Shown piece by piece: positions 19,425 through 29,269 of a DNA stretch of 64,000 nt (position 1 is its first letter; each line of letters opens with the position of its first letter). The stretch comes from Acidimicrobiia bacterium (lineage in GTDB: Bacteria > Actinomycetota > Acidimicrobiia > Spongiisociales > UBA5794). The DNA lies in NCBI GenBank assembly GCA_051002015.1, contig JBPCMS010000019.1:4422-68421 (forward strand), given 5' to 3'. The notes under the pieces are model-generated. The model searched no databases and had not been told where the DNA came from. It worked only from the letters and a program-made list of their open reading frames with translations. The translations under genes were made by a program, and so were the position numbers.

Positions 19425-20593
19425 TGGCGATCACCGACGCCCGACCCCTCGGCCTGCTGCAGCGGGAGCGGGCGCTGCGTCCCGACCTCCTGCTGGTGCT
19501 GCCTTACCTGGCGCTCTCCGCCTTCGGGGTGCTGATGATCTACACCGCCTCGGCGTCGCGGCTCACCGCCGCCGGGGCCGACCCGGGGTTCCTGATGAAG
19601 CGCCAGGCGGTGTTCGTCCTGGTGGGGATGATCGCCTTCGTCGCCGTGTCGCTGTTCGAGAGCAGACCGCTCAAGGCCAAGGTGCCCGTGATCTACCTGG
19701 GCACCCTCACCCTGTTGCTGCTGGCGCTCACCCCGATCGGGGCGTCACGCCTCGGCGCCAACCGCTGGATCGAGGTCGGTCCCTTCCAGCTCCAGCCGTC
19801 CGAGTTCGCCAAGCTGGGGGTGATCCTCGCCCTGGCCGCCCTGCTGTCCGAGACCGGCGAGGGGCCGCTGCGGTGGCACCACCTACTCCGCACCGCCGTC
19901 ATCGTCGGGATCCCGTCCACGTTGATCTTCCTCCAACCGGACCTGGGGACGATGCTGGTGTTCACCTTCATCTCGGCGGCGGTGCTGTTCGTCGCCGGGA
20001 CCACCTGGCGTCAACTGGTCTTCCTGGTACTCGTCGCCGTGGTGGGAACCATCGTCCTGCTCCAGATCAACGCCCTCCAGGACTACCAGCTGACAAGGAT
20101 CACCGCCTTCATGGACGACACGTCGGATCTGGCCGCCACCGCCAACTACAACCAGAACCAGAGCGTCACCGCCATCGGATCCGGGGGCTTCCTGGGTAAG
20201 GGCCTGCTCGAGGGCACCCAGACCAACCTCAGCTTCGTCCCCGAACAGGAGACCGACTTCATCTTCACCGCCGTTGGTGAGCAGCTCGGGTTCGTCGGTG
20301 CGGTGACGGTCCTCGCCCTGTACCTGGCGATCATCTGGCGGCTGCTGGCCGCCGCCGCCAACGCCCGGGACCGCTTCTCCCAGCTCCTCGCTGTCGGGGT
20401 CGCCGCCTTCATGGGCTTCCACGTCTTCGTCAACGTGGGGATGACGCTGCGGGTGATGCCGGTCACCGGGCTCCCGCTGCCCTTCATGTCGAGCGGTGGG
20501 TCGGCCTTCATCGCCATGAGCATCGCCCTGGGGTTGGGCCACGGGGTGTGGATGCGGCGCTCCCCGGTCCCGGGCGAGCGCCAGCTCCTGTAG
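19424..20593 (+). CDS. rodA: SEDS glycosyltransferase RodA
   Basis: Internal ATG MAITDARPL overlaps the pbp2 stop. FtsW/RodA/SpoVE family membrane protein. Confidence 0.9.
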   Translation: MAITDARPLGLLQRERALRPDLLLVLPYLALSAFGVLMIYTASASRLTAAGADPGFLMKRQAVFVLVGMIAFVAVSLFESRPLKAKVPVIYLGTLTLLLLALTPIGASRLGANRWIEVGPFQLQPSEFAKLGVILALAALLSETGEGPLRWHHLLRTAVIVGIPSTLIFLQPDLGTMLVFTFISAAVLFVAGTTWRQLVFLVLVAVVGTIVLLQINALQDYQLTRITAFMDDTSDLAATANYNQNQSVTAIGSGGFLGKGLLEGTQTNLSFVPEQETDFIFTAVGEQLGFVGAVTVLALYLAIIWRLLAAAANARDRFSQLLAVGVAAFMGFHVFVNVGMTLRVMPVTGLPLPFMSSGGSAFIAMSIALGLGHGVWMRRSPVPGERQLL

Positions 20594-20594
20594 A

Positions 20595-21188
20595 TCAGCC
20601 GATCTCCTCGAGAGCGAACCGCTCCTGGGGCAGCTCGCTGGGGTCGTAGCAGCGCCTGCACCGGGCCTCGTAGGCGCCGGCGGCGCCCAGCACCACCAGC
20701 TCGTCGCCGTGCACCACCCGCTGGGTGAACAGCCCCGGCCCGCCGCAGCGGTGGCACACCGCAAGCGCCTTGGTGACGTACTCGGCCCTGATCATCAACG
20801 AAGGGATCGGCTCGAAGGGCCGTCCCAGGTAGTCGAGGTCGAGACCGGCGACGATCACCCGCTTGCCGGCGCCGGCCAGGCGCCTCGACACCTCCACCAG
20901 ACCGTCGTCGAAGAACTGGCCCTCGTCGATGCCGACCACGACGGTGCGGTCGCCGACGGCGTGGAGCAGGGCTTCCGAATCGGGGACCGGTTCCGCCGCC
21001 GTCGACAGCTTCGAATGCGAGACGACCTCGGACGCGGCGTAGCGGTCGTCGATGGTCGGCTTGAAGGTCTGGGTGGGCACCCTGGCGATGTGGTAGCGGG
21101 TGATGCGGCGGATCAGTTCCTCGCTCTTGCCGGAGAACATCGGCCCGGCGATGACCTCGATCCAGCCCTGGTCGGCCCGCGGCAGCAT
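20595..21188 (-). CDS. tdk: thymidine kinase
   Basis: Internal ATG MLPRADQGWIEVIAGPMFSGKS (P-loop). C-terminal Zn ribbon CHRCG...CRRC. Confidence 0.9.
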   Translation of the reverse strand: MLPRADQGWIEVIAGPMFSGKSEELIRRITRYHIARVPTQTFKPTIDDRYAASEVVSHSKLSTAAEPVPDSEALLHAVGDRTVVVGIDEGQFFDDGLVEVSRRLAGAGKRVIVAGLDLDYLGRPFEPIPSLMIRAEYVTKALAVCHRCGGPGLFTQRVVHGDELVVLGAAGAYEARCRRCYDPSELPQERFALEEIG

Positions 21189-21485
21189 GGCGGCGAGGGT
21201 AGCAGTGCCCGTTGGGTGGTCCTCAGGCGCGGTCGGGCGGCGTGCTATCCTGAGACCCGGCCGGGTCGCCCGCACGACCTGGCGAGTTCGCTCCCCGGAG
21301 ATCTTCGAGACTGGTATTCGGACAGCTCATGCTTTCGGCCTCGGCCCTCGTCATCGTGCTCGGCCACCCGGTCTCTTTCTTCCAGCCGGCCAGGGCTTTC
21401 CCTGGATCGACAACTCGCCGTTCCGTGCCCCCGGCACCCCGTCTCACGTCTCGCTGCCAGGTGCAGCCCATCAAGGAGAGTTTGC

Positions 21486-23063
21486 ATGACGTTGTTCCGC
21501 AAGAAGGCCGCACGGGTGCTCCGTCGCGGCGATGCGGCCGAGGATCGGACGGTCCGCCGGGTAGGCAAGGAGGAGGTCACCGTTCGCCGGTTCTCGGCGC
21601 CGGCCACCGAGGCTTCCCCCGCCCGCCCCAGGACCGGCTCCGAACCGGCCCGCAGGTCGGCGGGCGGGCCGGCGACGGCATCGAAGGGGCGTAGCCGCAC
21701 CGCCGATCACGGCTCGCGCACCAGGCGCGACGACAGCCGCCGGCCCCACCTGGTCGTTGTCCCTCCCCCCGAGACCGCCCGCAAGCAGATGCTGGTCCGG
21801 TCCAATCCCCACCAGACCCAGATCGTGGTCCTCGAGGGGCCGGTGCTGGTCGAGCACTACGTGACCAGGTCCGACCGCCAGTCGCTGGTCGGCAACGTCT
21901 ACATCGGCAAGGTCCGCAACGTGCTTCCCGGGATGGAGGCCGCCTTCATCGACTTCGGTGAGGGCAAGAACGGGGTGCTCTACGCAGGCGACGTCAACTA
22001 CGACGACGCCGAGATCGAGGGCAAGCGGGCCCGCATCGAGATGGTCCTCAAGCCCGGAGACTCGGTGCTGGTCCAGGTGGTGAAGGACGCCATGGGTAAG
22101 AAGGGCTCCCGGCTCACCAGCCAGATCAGCCTGGCGGGCCGCTACCTGGTGCTCGCCCCCGACGCCGAGGTGAACGGTATCTCGCGCCGCCTGTCCGACG
22201 ACGAGCGGCACCGCCTCCGTGACATCGTCTCCGAGATCCGCCCCAAGGGCATGGGGGTCATCGTCCGCACCGCAGCCCAGGACGCCACCGGCGAGGACCT
22301 GGCTGCAGACGTCGCCAGGCTCGAGGAGGTGTGGAGGCACATCGCCGCCAAGAAGACCGGCACCGCGGCACCGGCGCTGATCTACGAGGAGCCGCCGCTG
22401 GTGCTCCGGGTCATCCGCGAGCACTTCACCAAGGACTTCAAGCGGCTGATCATCGACACCGCCGAGGTCCACCGCCAGGTGCTGGGATACCTGGAGAGCA
22501 CCGAGCCCGAGCTGACCACCAAGGTTGAGCTGTACGCCGACCAGGTTCCCATCTTCGAGCGCTTCCACGTCGAGGATCAGCTGCGCAAGGCCCTCGACCG
22601 CAAGGTGTGGCTGCCGTCCGGCGGGCACATCGTGGTCGACCGCACCGAGGCGCTCACCGTCATCGACGTCAACACCGGGCGGTACGTGGGCCACACCAAC
22701 CTCGAACAGACCGTCCTCCAGAACAACCTGGAGGCGGCGGAGGAGATCGCCCGCCAGTTGCGGCTGCGCGACATCGGCGGGATCATCGTCATCGACTTCA
22801 TCGACATGGAGATCTCCAAGAACCGCGAAGCGGTGCTGCTCCGGCTGCGTGAGCATCTGGCCAAGGACAAGACCCGCACCCAGGTGTTCGAGGTGTCCAA
22901 CCTCGGGCTGGTCGAGATGACTCGCAAGAACGTGTCGGCCGGGCTGCTCGAGTCGTTCTCGGAGATCTGTCCCAACTGCAACGGCAGGGGGGTCGTCCTC
23001 TACGAGGACTCCGCCACCCAGGGGACTCCCATGCCCCGGGCGATGTCGGTGGATCCCTCCTGA
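21486..23063 (+). CDS. rne: ribonuclease E/G family endoribonuclease
   Basis: Internal ATG MTLFRKK. Arg-rich N-terminal tail, S1 domain (VGNVYIGKVRNVLPGMEAAFIDFG) and RNase E/G catalytic core. Conserved position upstream of rplU. Confidence 0.85.
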   Translation: MTLFRKKAARVLRRGDAAEDRTVRRVGKEEVTVRRFSAPATEASPARPRTGSEPARRSAGGPATASKGRSRTADHGSRTRRDDSRRPHLVVVPPPETARKQMLVRSNPHQTQIVVLEGPVLVEHYVTRSDRQSLVGNVYIGKVRNVLPGMEAAFIDFGEGKNGVLYAGDVNYDDAEIEGKRARIEMVLKPGDSVLVQVVKDAMGKKGSRLTSQISLAGRYLVLAPDAEVNGISRRLSDDERHRLRDIVSEIRPKGMGVIVRTAAQDATGEDLAADVARLEEVWRHIAAKKTGTAAPALIYEEPPLVLRVIREHFTKDFKRLIIDTAEVHRQVLGYLESTEPELTTKVELYADQVPIFERFHVEDQLRKALDRKVWLPSGGHIVVDRTEALTVIDVNTGRYVGHTNLEQTVLQNNLEAAEEIARQLRLRDIGGIIVIDFIDMEISKNREAVLLRLREHLAKDKTRTQVFEVSNLGLVEMTRKNVSAGLLESFSEICPNCNGRGVVLYEDSATQGTPMPRAMSVDPS

Positions 23064-23196
23064 GGGGTGCCCGTTGAGCGGATGGGGGATCGCCCCGAGC
23101 CGCTAAGCTGTGGTCCGCTCCGGCATCCGTGCCGCGCCGTCGCTCGCCCCTGTCGAGCCGGCGCAACGGCGGGGCCCGAAGATCTGCGAGGAGACC

Positions 23197-23622
23197 ATGT
23201 ACGCCATCATCCGCGCCGGCGGAAAGCAATCCAAGGTCCGTGAGGGCGACGTCATCGACGTCGAGCGGATGCGGGTCACCGACGGCACCGTCACCTTCAC
23301 CCCGCTGCTGGTGGTCGGTGACGACGGCACCGTGATCTCGGACCGCGAGGCGTTGGGGAACGCCACCGTCACCGCCGAGGTGCTCGGCGAGCACCGGGGC
23401 GACAAGATCGAGGTCTTCAAGTACAAGCCGAAGACCGGCTACCGCCGCCATCAGGGCCATCGCCAGACGTACACCACGCTGCGGGTGACCGGCATCACCG
23501 GTGCCGCCGCCAAGAAGGCGTCCACGTCCAAGGCCGACGGCGCCGATGCGGCCGCCGAGACCGAACCCGTCTCCGGCGGGGAGCCGGTGGCGGACACTGT
23601 CGAGAACAGCGAGGAGGGCTGA
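23197..23622 (+). CDS. rplU: 50S ribosomal protein L21 (with Ala/Glu-rich C-terminal extension)
   Basis: [23 protein letters not shown] is a canonical bL21 N-terminus. Confidence 0.9.
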   Translation: MYAIIRAGGKQSKVREGDVIDVERMRVTDGTVTFTPLLVVGDDGTVISDREALGNATVTAEVLGEHRGDKIEVFKYKPKTGYRRHQGHRQTYTTLRVTGITGAAAKKASTSKADGADAAAETEPVSGGEPVADTVENSEEG

Positions 23623-23623
23623 G

Positions 23624-23875
23624 ATGTCGAAGACCAAGGCCGGTGGATCCACCAAGAACGGCCGCGACTCGGCGGCGAAGCGGCTCGGGCCCAAGGTGTT
23701 CGACGGCCAGGCGGTCCCCGCCGGGTCCATCCTGGTACGCCAGCGCGGCACCCGCATCCACCCCGGTGCCAACGTCGGTCGGGGCGGCGATGACACCCTG
23801 TTCGCCAAGGTGGAGGGCACCGTGCAGTTCGGTAGCCGCCGCGGTCGCAGGCTGGTCGACATCGTCGCCGGCTGA
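23624..23875 (+). CDS. rpmA: 50S ribosomal protein L27
   Basis: [22 protein letters not shown] is a canonical bL27 N-terminus. Confidence 0.95.
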   Translation: MSKTKAGGSTKNGRDSAAKRLGPKVFDGQAVPAGSILVRQRGTRIHPGANVGRGGDDTLFAKVEGTVQFGSRRGRRLVDIVAG

Positions 23876-23901
23876 GCCTTCCCCGTCCCGGATGCGCTGA
23901 G

Positions 23902-25167
23902 GTGTTCGTCGACCGCGTCCGTGTCGAGGTGAAGGGTGGCGCCGGCGGAGCAGGCGTCGCCTCGTTCCTCCGCCAGAAGGGCCGTCCCCGTGGCAAGCCG
24001 ACCGGTGGTTCGGGCGGGCGCGGCGGCGACGTGGTCATCGTGGCCGACCCCGATGTGGCCAGCCTGCTCTCGTACGCCCGGCAGCCCCACCGGTCGGCCG
24101 ATTCCGGTACCCACGGCGAGGGCGATCTGCGGCACGGCCGCCATGGCGGCCACCTCGAGCTCCCGGTCCCACTGGGCACCGTGGTGCGCGACGGGGAGGG
24201 CACCGTGCTCGCCGACCTGGTCGACCCGGGACAGCGGGTGACCGTCGCCCGGGGAGGCCGGGGAGGCAAGGGCAACGCCGCCTTCGTCGGCAGGGCCCAC
24301 CGCGCCCCCTCCTACTCCGAGCAGGGCGAATACGGGGAGACGGCATCGATCACTCTCGAGCTGCGGCTGATGGCGGACGCCGCCCTGATCGGCTTCCCCA
24401 ATGCGGGCAAGAGCACGCTGATCTCCCGGCTGTCGGCGGCCAAGCCCAAGATCGCCGACTACCCCTTCACCACGCTCCAGCCCCACCTCGGCGTCGTCGA
24501 GATCGGCGATCGCCAGTACGTGCTCGCCGACATTCCCGGGCTGATCGAGGGGGCGGCCGAGGGGCGGGGGCTGGGCCACGAGTTCCTCCGCCACACCGAG
24601 CGGGCCTCGGTCCTGGTGGTGATGCTCGACCCCACCGCCATCCAGGAGGCGGACATCGACACCCAGCTCGCCGTGCTCCGCGACGAGCTGCGGCTGCACT
24701 CCCCCGATCTCGCCGCCCGCCCCCAGATCGTCGTGATCACCAAGGGCGACCTGGTGGAGGGGCCCGATCTGCGTGGGGCGGGTGACGAGCCGGTGCACCG
24801 CATCTCGGCGGCGACGGGCGAAGGTCTCGACGAGCTGTCGTACGCCATCGCCGATGCAGTGGGGGTGGTGGCGCGCACCGCACCCGACCGGGAGGGCTTC
24901 GTCCTCCATCGCCCCCTCCCCCCCAGCTTCACGGTGCGGCGCCAGGGCGAGGTCTGGGTGGTCGAGGGACGTTCGGCCGCCAGGGCGGTGGGACTGGCCG
25001 ACCTCACCGTTCCCGAGGCGGCCGATGTCGCCGCCCACCGCCTGCGCCGGCTCGGGGTCGACGACGCCCTGGCGGCGGCGGGGGCCGAGCCTGGGGATGA
25101 TGTCAGGATCGGTGATCTGGTGTTCACCTACGATCCCGACCAGCAGGACGTGGAGGCGGAGGAATGA
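23902..25167 (+). CDS. obg: GTPase Obg/CgtA
   Basis: 421 aa with an Obg fold (FVDRVRVEVKGGAGG), G-domain motifs (GFPNAGKST, DIPGLIEGA) and a C-terminal OCT domain. Confidence 0.95.
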   Translation: MFVDRVRVEVKGGAGGAGVASFLRQKGRPRGKPTGGSGGRGGDVVIVADPDVASLLSYARQPHRSADSGTHGEGDLRHGRHGGHLELPVPLGTVVRDGEGTVLADLVDPGQRVTVARGGRGGKGNAAFVGRAHRAPSYSEQGEYGETASITLELRLMADAALIGFPNAGKSTLISRLSAAKPKIADYPFTTLQPHLGVVEIGDRQYVLADIPGLIEGAAEGRGLGHEFLRHTERASVLVVMLDPTAIQEADIDTQLAVLRDELRLHSPDLAARPQIVVITKGDLVEGPDLRGAGDEPVHRISAATGEGLDELSYAIADAVGVVARTAPDREGFVLHRPLPPSFTVRRQGEVWVVEGRSAARAVGLADLTVPEAADVAAHRLRRLGVDDALAAAGAEPGDDVRIGDLVFTYDPDQQDVEAEE

Positions 25168-26261
25168 GGCGCCCGGTACCGGCCGGAGCTGCGGTGGTGA
25201 TCAAGGTCGGGTCCTCCAGCCTGGCGCTCCCCTCCGGCGGCCTCGACGACGCCGCCATCGAGCGGACCGTCGCCCAGATCGTGGCTCTGGGGGGTGCCGG
25301 CTACCGCCCCGTGCTGGTCACCTCGGGCGCGGTCGCCGCCGGGCTCCCCGCCCTCGGGCTCACCGAGCGTCCCCGCGATCTGCCGGGGCTGCAGGTGGCC
25401 GCCGCTGTTGGCCAGGGGCGGTTGATGGAGGCATACACCCGCCGCTTCGATGCGCAGGGCATCATCGTCGGCCAGGTCCTGCTCACCCGCGACATCCTCG
25501 CCAATCGGGCCCAGTACCTCCACGGTCGTGCCGCCCTCGCCCGGATGCTGAGCCGCGGGGTGGTCCCCATCGTGAACGAGAACGACACCGTGGTCGTCGA
25601 TGAGCTCAAGTTGGGGGACAACGACCGGCTCGCCGCCATGGTGGGCCACCTGGTCGGTGCCGGGATGCTGGTGCTGCTCACCGACACCAAGGGGCTGTTC
25701 TCCACCGATCCCAGATTGGGCGACGCCGAGTTGCTCTCGGCGGTTCGCCACACCGACACCGTTCTCGACGAGCTGTACCGATCCACCGGGCGCGGCTCGC
25801 TGGGGTCGGGAGGGGTCGCCACCAAGATCGCCGCCGCCCGCATGGCCGCCTGGTCGGGCATCCCGACCGTGGTGGCCGACGCCCGCCAGCCGGACGTGGT
25901 CGCCCGCGCCGTCGGAGGCGACGAGGTGGGCACCTGGATCGAGCCCCGGCCATCGAAGCTGTCGGCGCGACGGCTGTGGATCGCCTTCGGGCTGCCCTCG
26001 GAGGGGCGGCTCTCCGTCGATGCCGGTGCCGCCGCCGCCCTGGTTGACGGAGGCCGGTCGCTGCTCCCGGTCGGGGTGGTCGGGGTCGACGGCTCGTTCC
26101 CTGCGGCCGCCGCCGTCGAGGTGTTCGACCCGGGGGGCCTCCTCATCGCAAAAGGCCGCACCGAGATGAGCGCCGACGCCATCCGGGGGGCGCTGGGGCA
26201 CCACAGCGCGGTCACCGGGGGCGTGGTCATCCACCGCGACGATCTGGTCGTGCTCCGCTAG
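25164..26261 (+). CDS. proB: glutamate 5-kinase
   Basis: 365 aa, amino-acid kinase domain plus PUA domain. Overlaps the obg stop. Confidence 0.95.
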   Translation: MRRPVPAGAAVVIKVGSSSLALPSGGLDDAAIERTVAQIVALGGAGYRPVLVTSGAVAAGLPALGLTERPRDLPGLQVAAAVGQGRLMEAYTRRFDAQGIIVGQVLLTRDILANRAQYLHGRAALARMLSRGVVPIVNENDTVVVDELKLGDNDRLAAMVGHLVGAGMLVLLTDTKGLFSTDPRLGDAELLSAVRHTDTVLDELYRSTGRGSLGSGGVATKIAAARMAAWSGIPTVVADARQPDVVARAVGGDEVGTWIEPRPSKLSARRLWIAFGLPSEGRLSVDAGAAAALVDGGRSLLPVGVVGVDGSFPAAAAVEVFDPGGLLIAKGRTEMSADAIRGALGHHSAVTGGVVIHRDDLVVLR

Positions 26262-26404
26262 GCGTTGTGTCCTGGACCGGGATCGCCTGGACCCGACCAC
26301 CCGGTTGTCGCGGCATGACCACCACCGGATGCGGGCCGGTTGCGGCAGGCAGCCGGGAGGGCGTGGTCGGGCGGTACCGAGCACGGGCGCCGGCGGGTCG
26401 GCGG

Positions 26405-27280
26405 CTAGGTGTCACCGCCCGGCCGGGGGACCATCACCTCGGGACGGAGGGGCAGCCCGGTGTCCGGGTGGAGCACCGCCGCCAGCGCTTCCACCGCATC
26501 CACCAGCCCCGGTCCCGGCCGGGCCAGGTCGGCGGCCACGGTTCGGGATCCCATGATCCCGGCCGGTACCACGCTCGCCAGGTCCCAGGTCGCCCGCGGA
26601 TCGATCCCGCACGGGGCCAGCACCACCACCTCTGGCCGGGTCCGGCCCACGGACTCCCAGTCGGTCGGTTGCGACCGGCACCCGCTGGTCCCCAGCAGCG
26701 GCTCCCCGCCCGCCGCCCGCACCACGTCTGGCACCCAGTGGCCGGCGGTGTACGGGGGGTCGAGCCACTCCAGCACCAGGGTGGGGACGGGTGGGCGGAT
26801 GGCGATCGCTGCCCTCACGGCATCGAGCCTGGCCCGGAGACCGGCGGCGACCCGGCGGCCGTGCTCGCCGATCCCGGCGGCGTCGGCGACGGCGACCACG
26901 GTGGCGAGGACGTCGTCGAGTGTCAGCGGCTCCAGAGTCACCACCTGCGACGGGCACCCGACCCGTTGCAGGGCGGCATCGACGTCGCCGGTGGGCACGG
27001 CACACACCCGGCACAGGTCCTGGGTGAGAACCAGCTCGGGGGCGATGTCGGCGATGGCGGCGTCGTCGAGCCGGTACAACCCACCGTTGGGTGCCTGCTC
27101 GGTCACCCAGGCGTCGATCTCGCCCTGGGTCAGCCCGGCCGGCTGCCGGGCCCTGACCACCACTCGCTTCGACCGGACGGCGGGGTGGTCGCACTCGTCG
27201 GTGACCCCGAGGAGTTGGTCCTCGAGCCCGAGGGCCACGACGATCTCGGTGGCCGAGGGGAGCAGCGAGACGATCCGCAT
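26405..27280 (-). CDS. BtuF/TroA-like (class III periplasmic-binding-fold) protein without signal peptide
   Basis: Internal ATG MRIVSLLPSATEIVVALGLEDQLLGVTDECDHP is a typical cobalamin/siderophore-binding fold N-terminus. No hydrophobic leader in either start option. Confidence 0.7.
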   Translation of the reverse strand: MRIVSLLPSATEIVVALGLEDQLLGVTDECDHPAVRSKRVVVRARQPAGLTQGEIDAWVTEQAPNGGLYRLDDAAIADIAPELVLTQDLCRVCAVPTGDVDAALQRVGCPSQVVTLEPLTLDDVLATVVAVADAAGIGEHGRRVAAGLRARLDAVRAAIAIRPPVPTLVLEWLDPPYTAGHWVPDVVRAAGGEPLLGTSGCRSQPTDWESVGRTRPEVVVLAPCGIDPRATWDLASVVPAGIMGSRTVAADLARPGPGLVDAVEALAAVLHPDTGLPLRPEVMVPRPGGDT

Positions 27281-27535
27281 CCGCTGATTGTGGCAGCGCG
27301 GTGAGACGATGTGGCGCGGGTTGGAGGCCGGCGTCGGTGTCCACGCGGCGAGTGTTCCCGCGCTGCTCAACCGGACCGGGATCACCGTCACCACCGACCC
27401 CCCTCCTGGCCATCGTCAACGAGGTCGGGTCGGTGACCATCGGCTTCTCCCGCAGATCCATCAAACGGTCCACGTTCTCCACCGTGATTGGGGTGGCGGG
27501 GCGGGCGGGGGCGTGCCCGGTGCTGATAGCGTGGC

Positions 27536-29032
27536 GTGATGCGGCTGGAGAACCTGACGGCAGGCATGCCCATCGTCTATGGGGGAGACCGGGTCATCAT
27601 GGTCGACGAGGCGCTGGCCGCCGCCTTCTCTCCGGGGGATCGTCTCGTCGTGGTCCAGACCAACGGAGACCTCCTCCACATCCCGGCTGCGGTTCACGCC
27701 ACCGTCACCACCGCCGTCGACGCCGCGGTGGCGGCCTTCGACCGGATGGGCACGGTGACCGACAACCAGATCACCCGCTTCTTCGGGGCCTTCGCCGATC
27801 TGATCGCCGGCGAGGACAGCTTCGCCCCGGTCGCCGCCGCCAACGAGGCCGACGTCGCCTCGGCGAGGGAGCGGGGACGCTCGGTAACCCGGCTGGTCCT
27901 GTCCGACACGATGCGCGCCGGCATGGTGGATGGGCTGCGGGGCTGGGCGAAAGCGTCGTCCGGCCGCAACGCCGTGGTGGAGACGATCGATCATCCCGGC
28001 TGGCGGGTCGATCTGGTGCAGGCCGGGCTCGGCGTGGTCGGGTTCGTCTTCGAGGGCAGGCCCAACGTGTTCGCCGACGGCGCCGGGGTGCTGCGCTCGG
28101 GCAACACCATGGTGTTCCGCATCGGGTCCGACGCCCTGGGCACCGCCGAGGCCATCGTCGAGCACGCCCTCGATCCCGCCCTCGCCGCCTCTGACCTTCC
28201 GCCGGGAGCGGTGTCGCTGGTGGCCAGCCCCGAGCGCTCCGCCGGTTGGGCCCTGTTCTCGGACCGGCGCCTGGCGTTGGCAGTGGCTCGCGGCTCGGGC
28301 CCGGCCGTTGCCCAGCTGGGGGCGGTGGCTCGGCAGGCAGGGGTGCCGGTCAGCCTTCACGGGACCGGGGGGGCGTGGATCGTCGCCTCCGAGCACGCCG
28401 ACCCCGACATGTTCGCCTCCGTGGTGGTCCGATCGCTCGACCGCAAGGTGTGCAACACCCTCAACACCTGCTGCGTGATCGCCAGCGCCGCCGACGAGCT
28501 GGTGCCTCGCTTCCTCGATGCCCTGGACGAGGCGGGTAGGCGGCGGGGCACCGTGGCCAAGCTCCACGTAGCCGAGGGCAGCGAAGGGATGATCCCGGAG
28601 CCGTGGTTCGCCCCTGCCCGCATCGCCCGGGCCGAGGGCCAGGTCGACGAGCCGCGCACCGAGGTGCTGCCGGTCGACCGGCTCGGCCACGAATGGGAGT
28701 GGGAGGACAGTCCCGAGGTCTCGCTGGTCATCGTCCCCGACCTGGCCACCGCGGTTCGTCTGTTCAACGAGCAGAGCCCGCGGTTCATCGCCAGCCTGGT
28801 GTCGACCGACGAGGGCGAGCAGCAGCGGTTCTTCGACACCATCGACGCTCCCTTCGTGGGTAACGGGTTCACCCGCTGGGTGGACGGGCAGTACGCCCTC
28901 GATCGGCCCGAGCTCGGTCTGGCCAACTGGCAGTCGGGTCGGCTGCTCGGCCGGGGAGGGATCCTCAGCGGTGACTCGGTCTTCACGGTGCGGACCAGGG
29001 TCACCCAAAGCGACCAGGACGTCTCCCGCTAG
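27536..29032 (+). CDS. divergent glutamate-5-semialdehyde dehydrogenase (ProA)-like protein with about 65-aa N-terminal extension
   Basis: 498 aa. Aligns by eye to ProA (FEGRPNV, CNTLNTCCV, C-terminal FTRWVDGQ...GLANWQSGRLLGRGG), but is longer and divergent. Confidence 0.65.
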   Translation: MMRLENLTAGMPIVYGGDRVIMVDEALAAAFSPGDRLVVVQTNGDLLHIPAAVHATVTTAVDAAVAAFDRMGTVTDNQITRFFGAFADLIAGEDSFAPVAAANEADVASARERGRSVTRLVLSDTMRAGMVDGLRGWAKASSGRNAVVETIDHPGWRVDLVQAGLGVVGFVFEGRPNVFADGAGVLRSGNTMVFRIGSDALGTAEAIVEHALDPALAASDLPPGAVSLVASPERSAGWALFSDRRLALAVARGSGPAVAQLGAVARQAGVPVSLHGTGGAWIVASEHADPDMFASVVVRSLDRKVCNTLNTCCVIASAADELVPRFLDALDEAGRRRGTVAKLHVAEGSEGMIPEPWFAPARIARAEGQVDEPRTEVLPVDRLGHEWEWEDSPEVSLVIVPDLATAVRLFNEQSPRFIASLVSTDEGEQQRFFDTIDAPFVGNGFTRWVDGQYALDRPELGLANWQSGRLLGRGGILSGDSVFTVRTRVTQSDQDVSR

Positions 29033-29064
29033 CCGCTCTCGGGGCGTCCGGTCTGCTCTCGGAG

Positions 29065-29189
29065 CCGAACTTTGAGCGCCTCACTCTGCTGGACGGTGTT
29101 ATTCGCTCAAGGTTGGGGTGGGTCGGGGTCTCGGGGCCGAACTTTGAGCGCCTCACCCTGCTGAGCGGTGTCATTCGCTCAAAGTTCGG
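29065..29189 (+). repeat. two tandem copies (72-nt period) of a hairpin-forming REP-like element, subfamily A
   Basis: Copy A1 spans about 29065-29116 and A2 about 29137-29189. In A2, ccgaactttgagcg pairs perfectly with cgctcaaagttcgg (14 bp). Confidence 0.8.
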
Positions 29190-29269
29190 GTGGCGCGGGA
29201 TCGCGGCTCGACCTCCCCCTGATCTCCTCCTGATTTCCGGCCCGCGGCGGTGGCGGCGAGAATGCCGCG

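Noticed and set aside
27281-27535. Cobalamin riboswitch upstream of the BtuF-like gene
   Set aside because: On the minus strand I see isolated GGGAA and GGTGA..CC pieces. They are not in the canonical order and there is no B12 box (GCCACTG-like). The region is also the divergent promoter for the proA-like gene. It would need a covariance-model scan to revisit.
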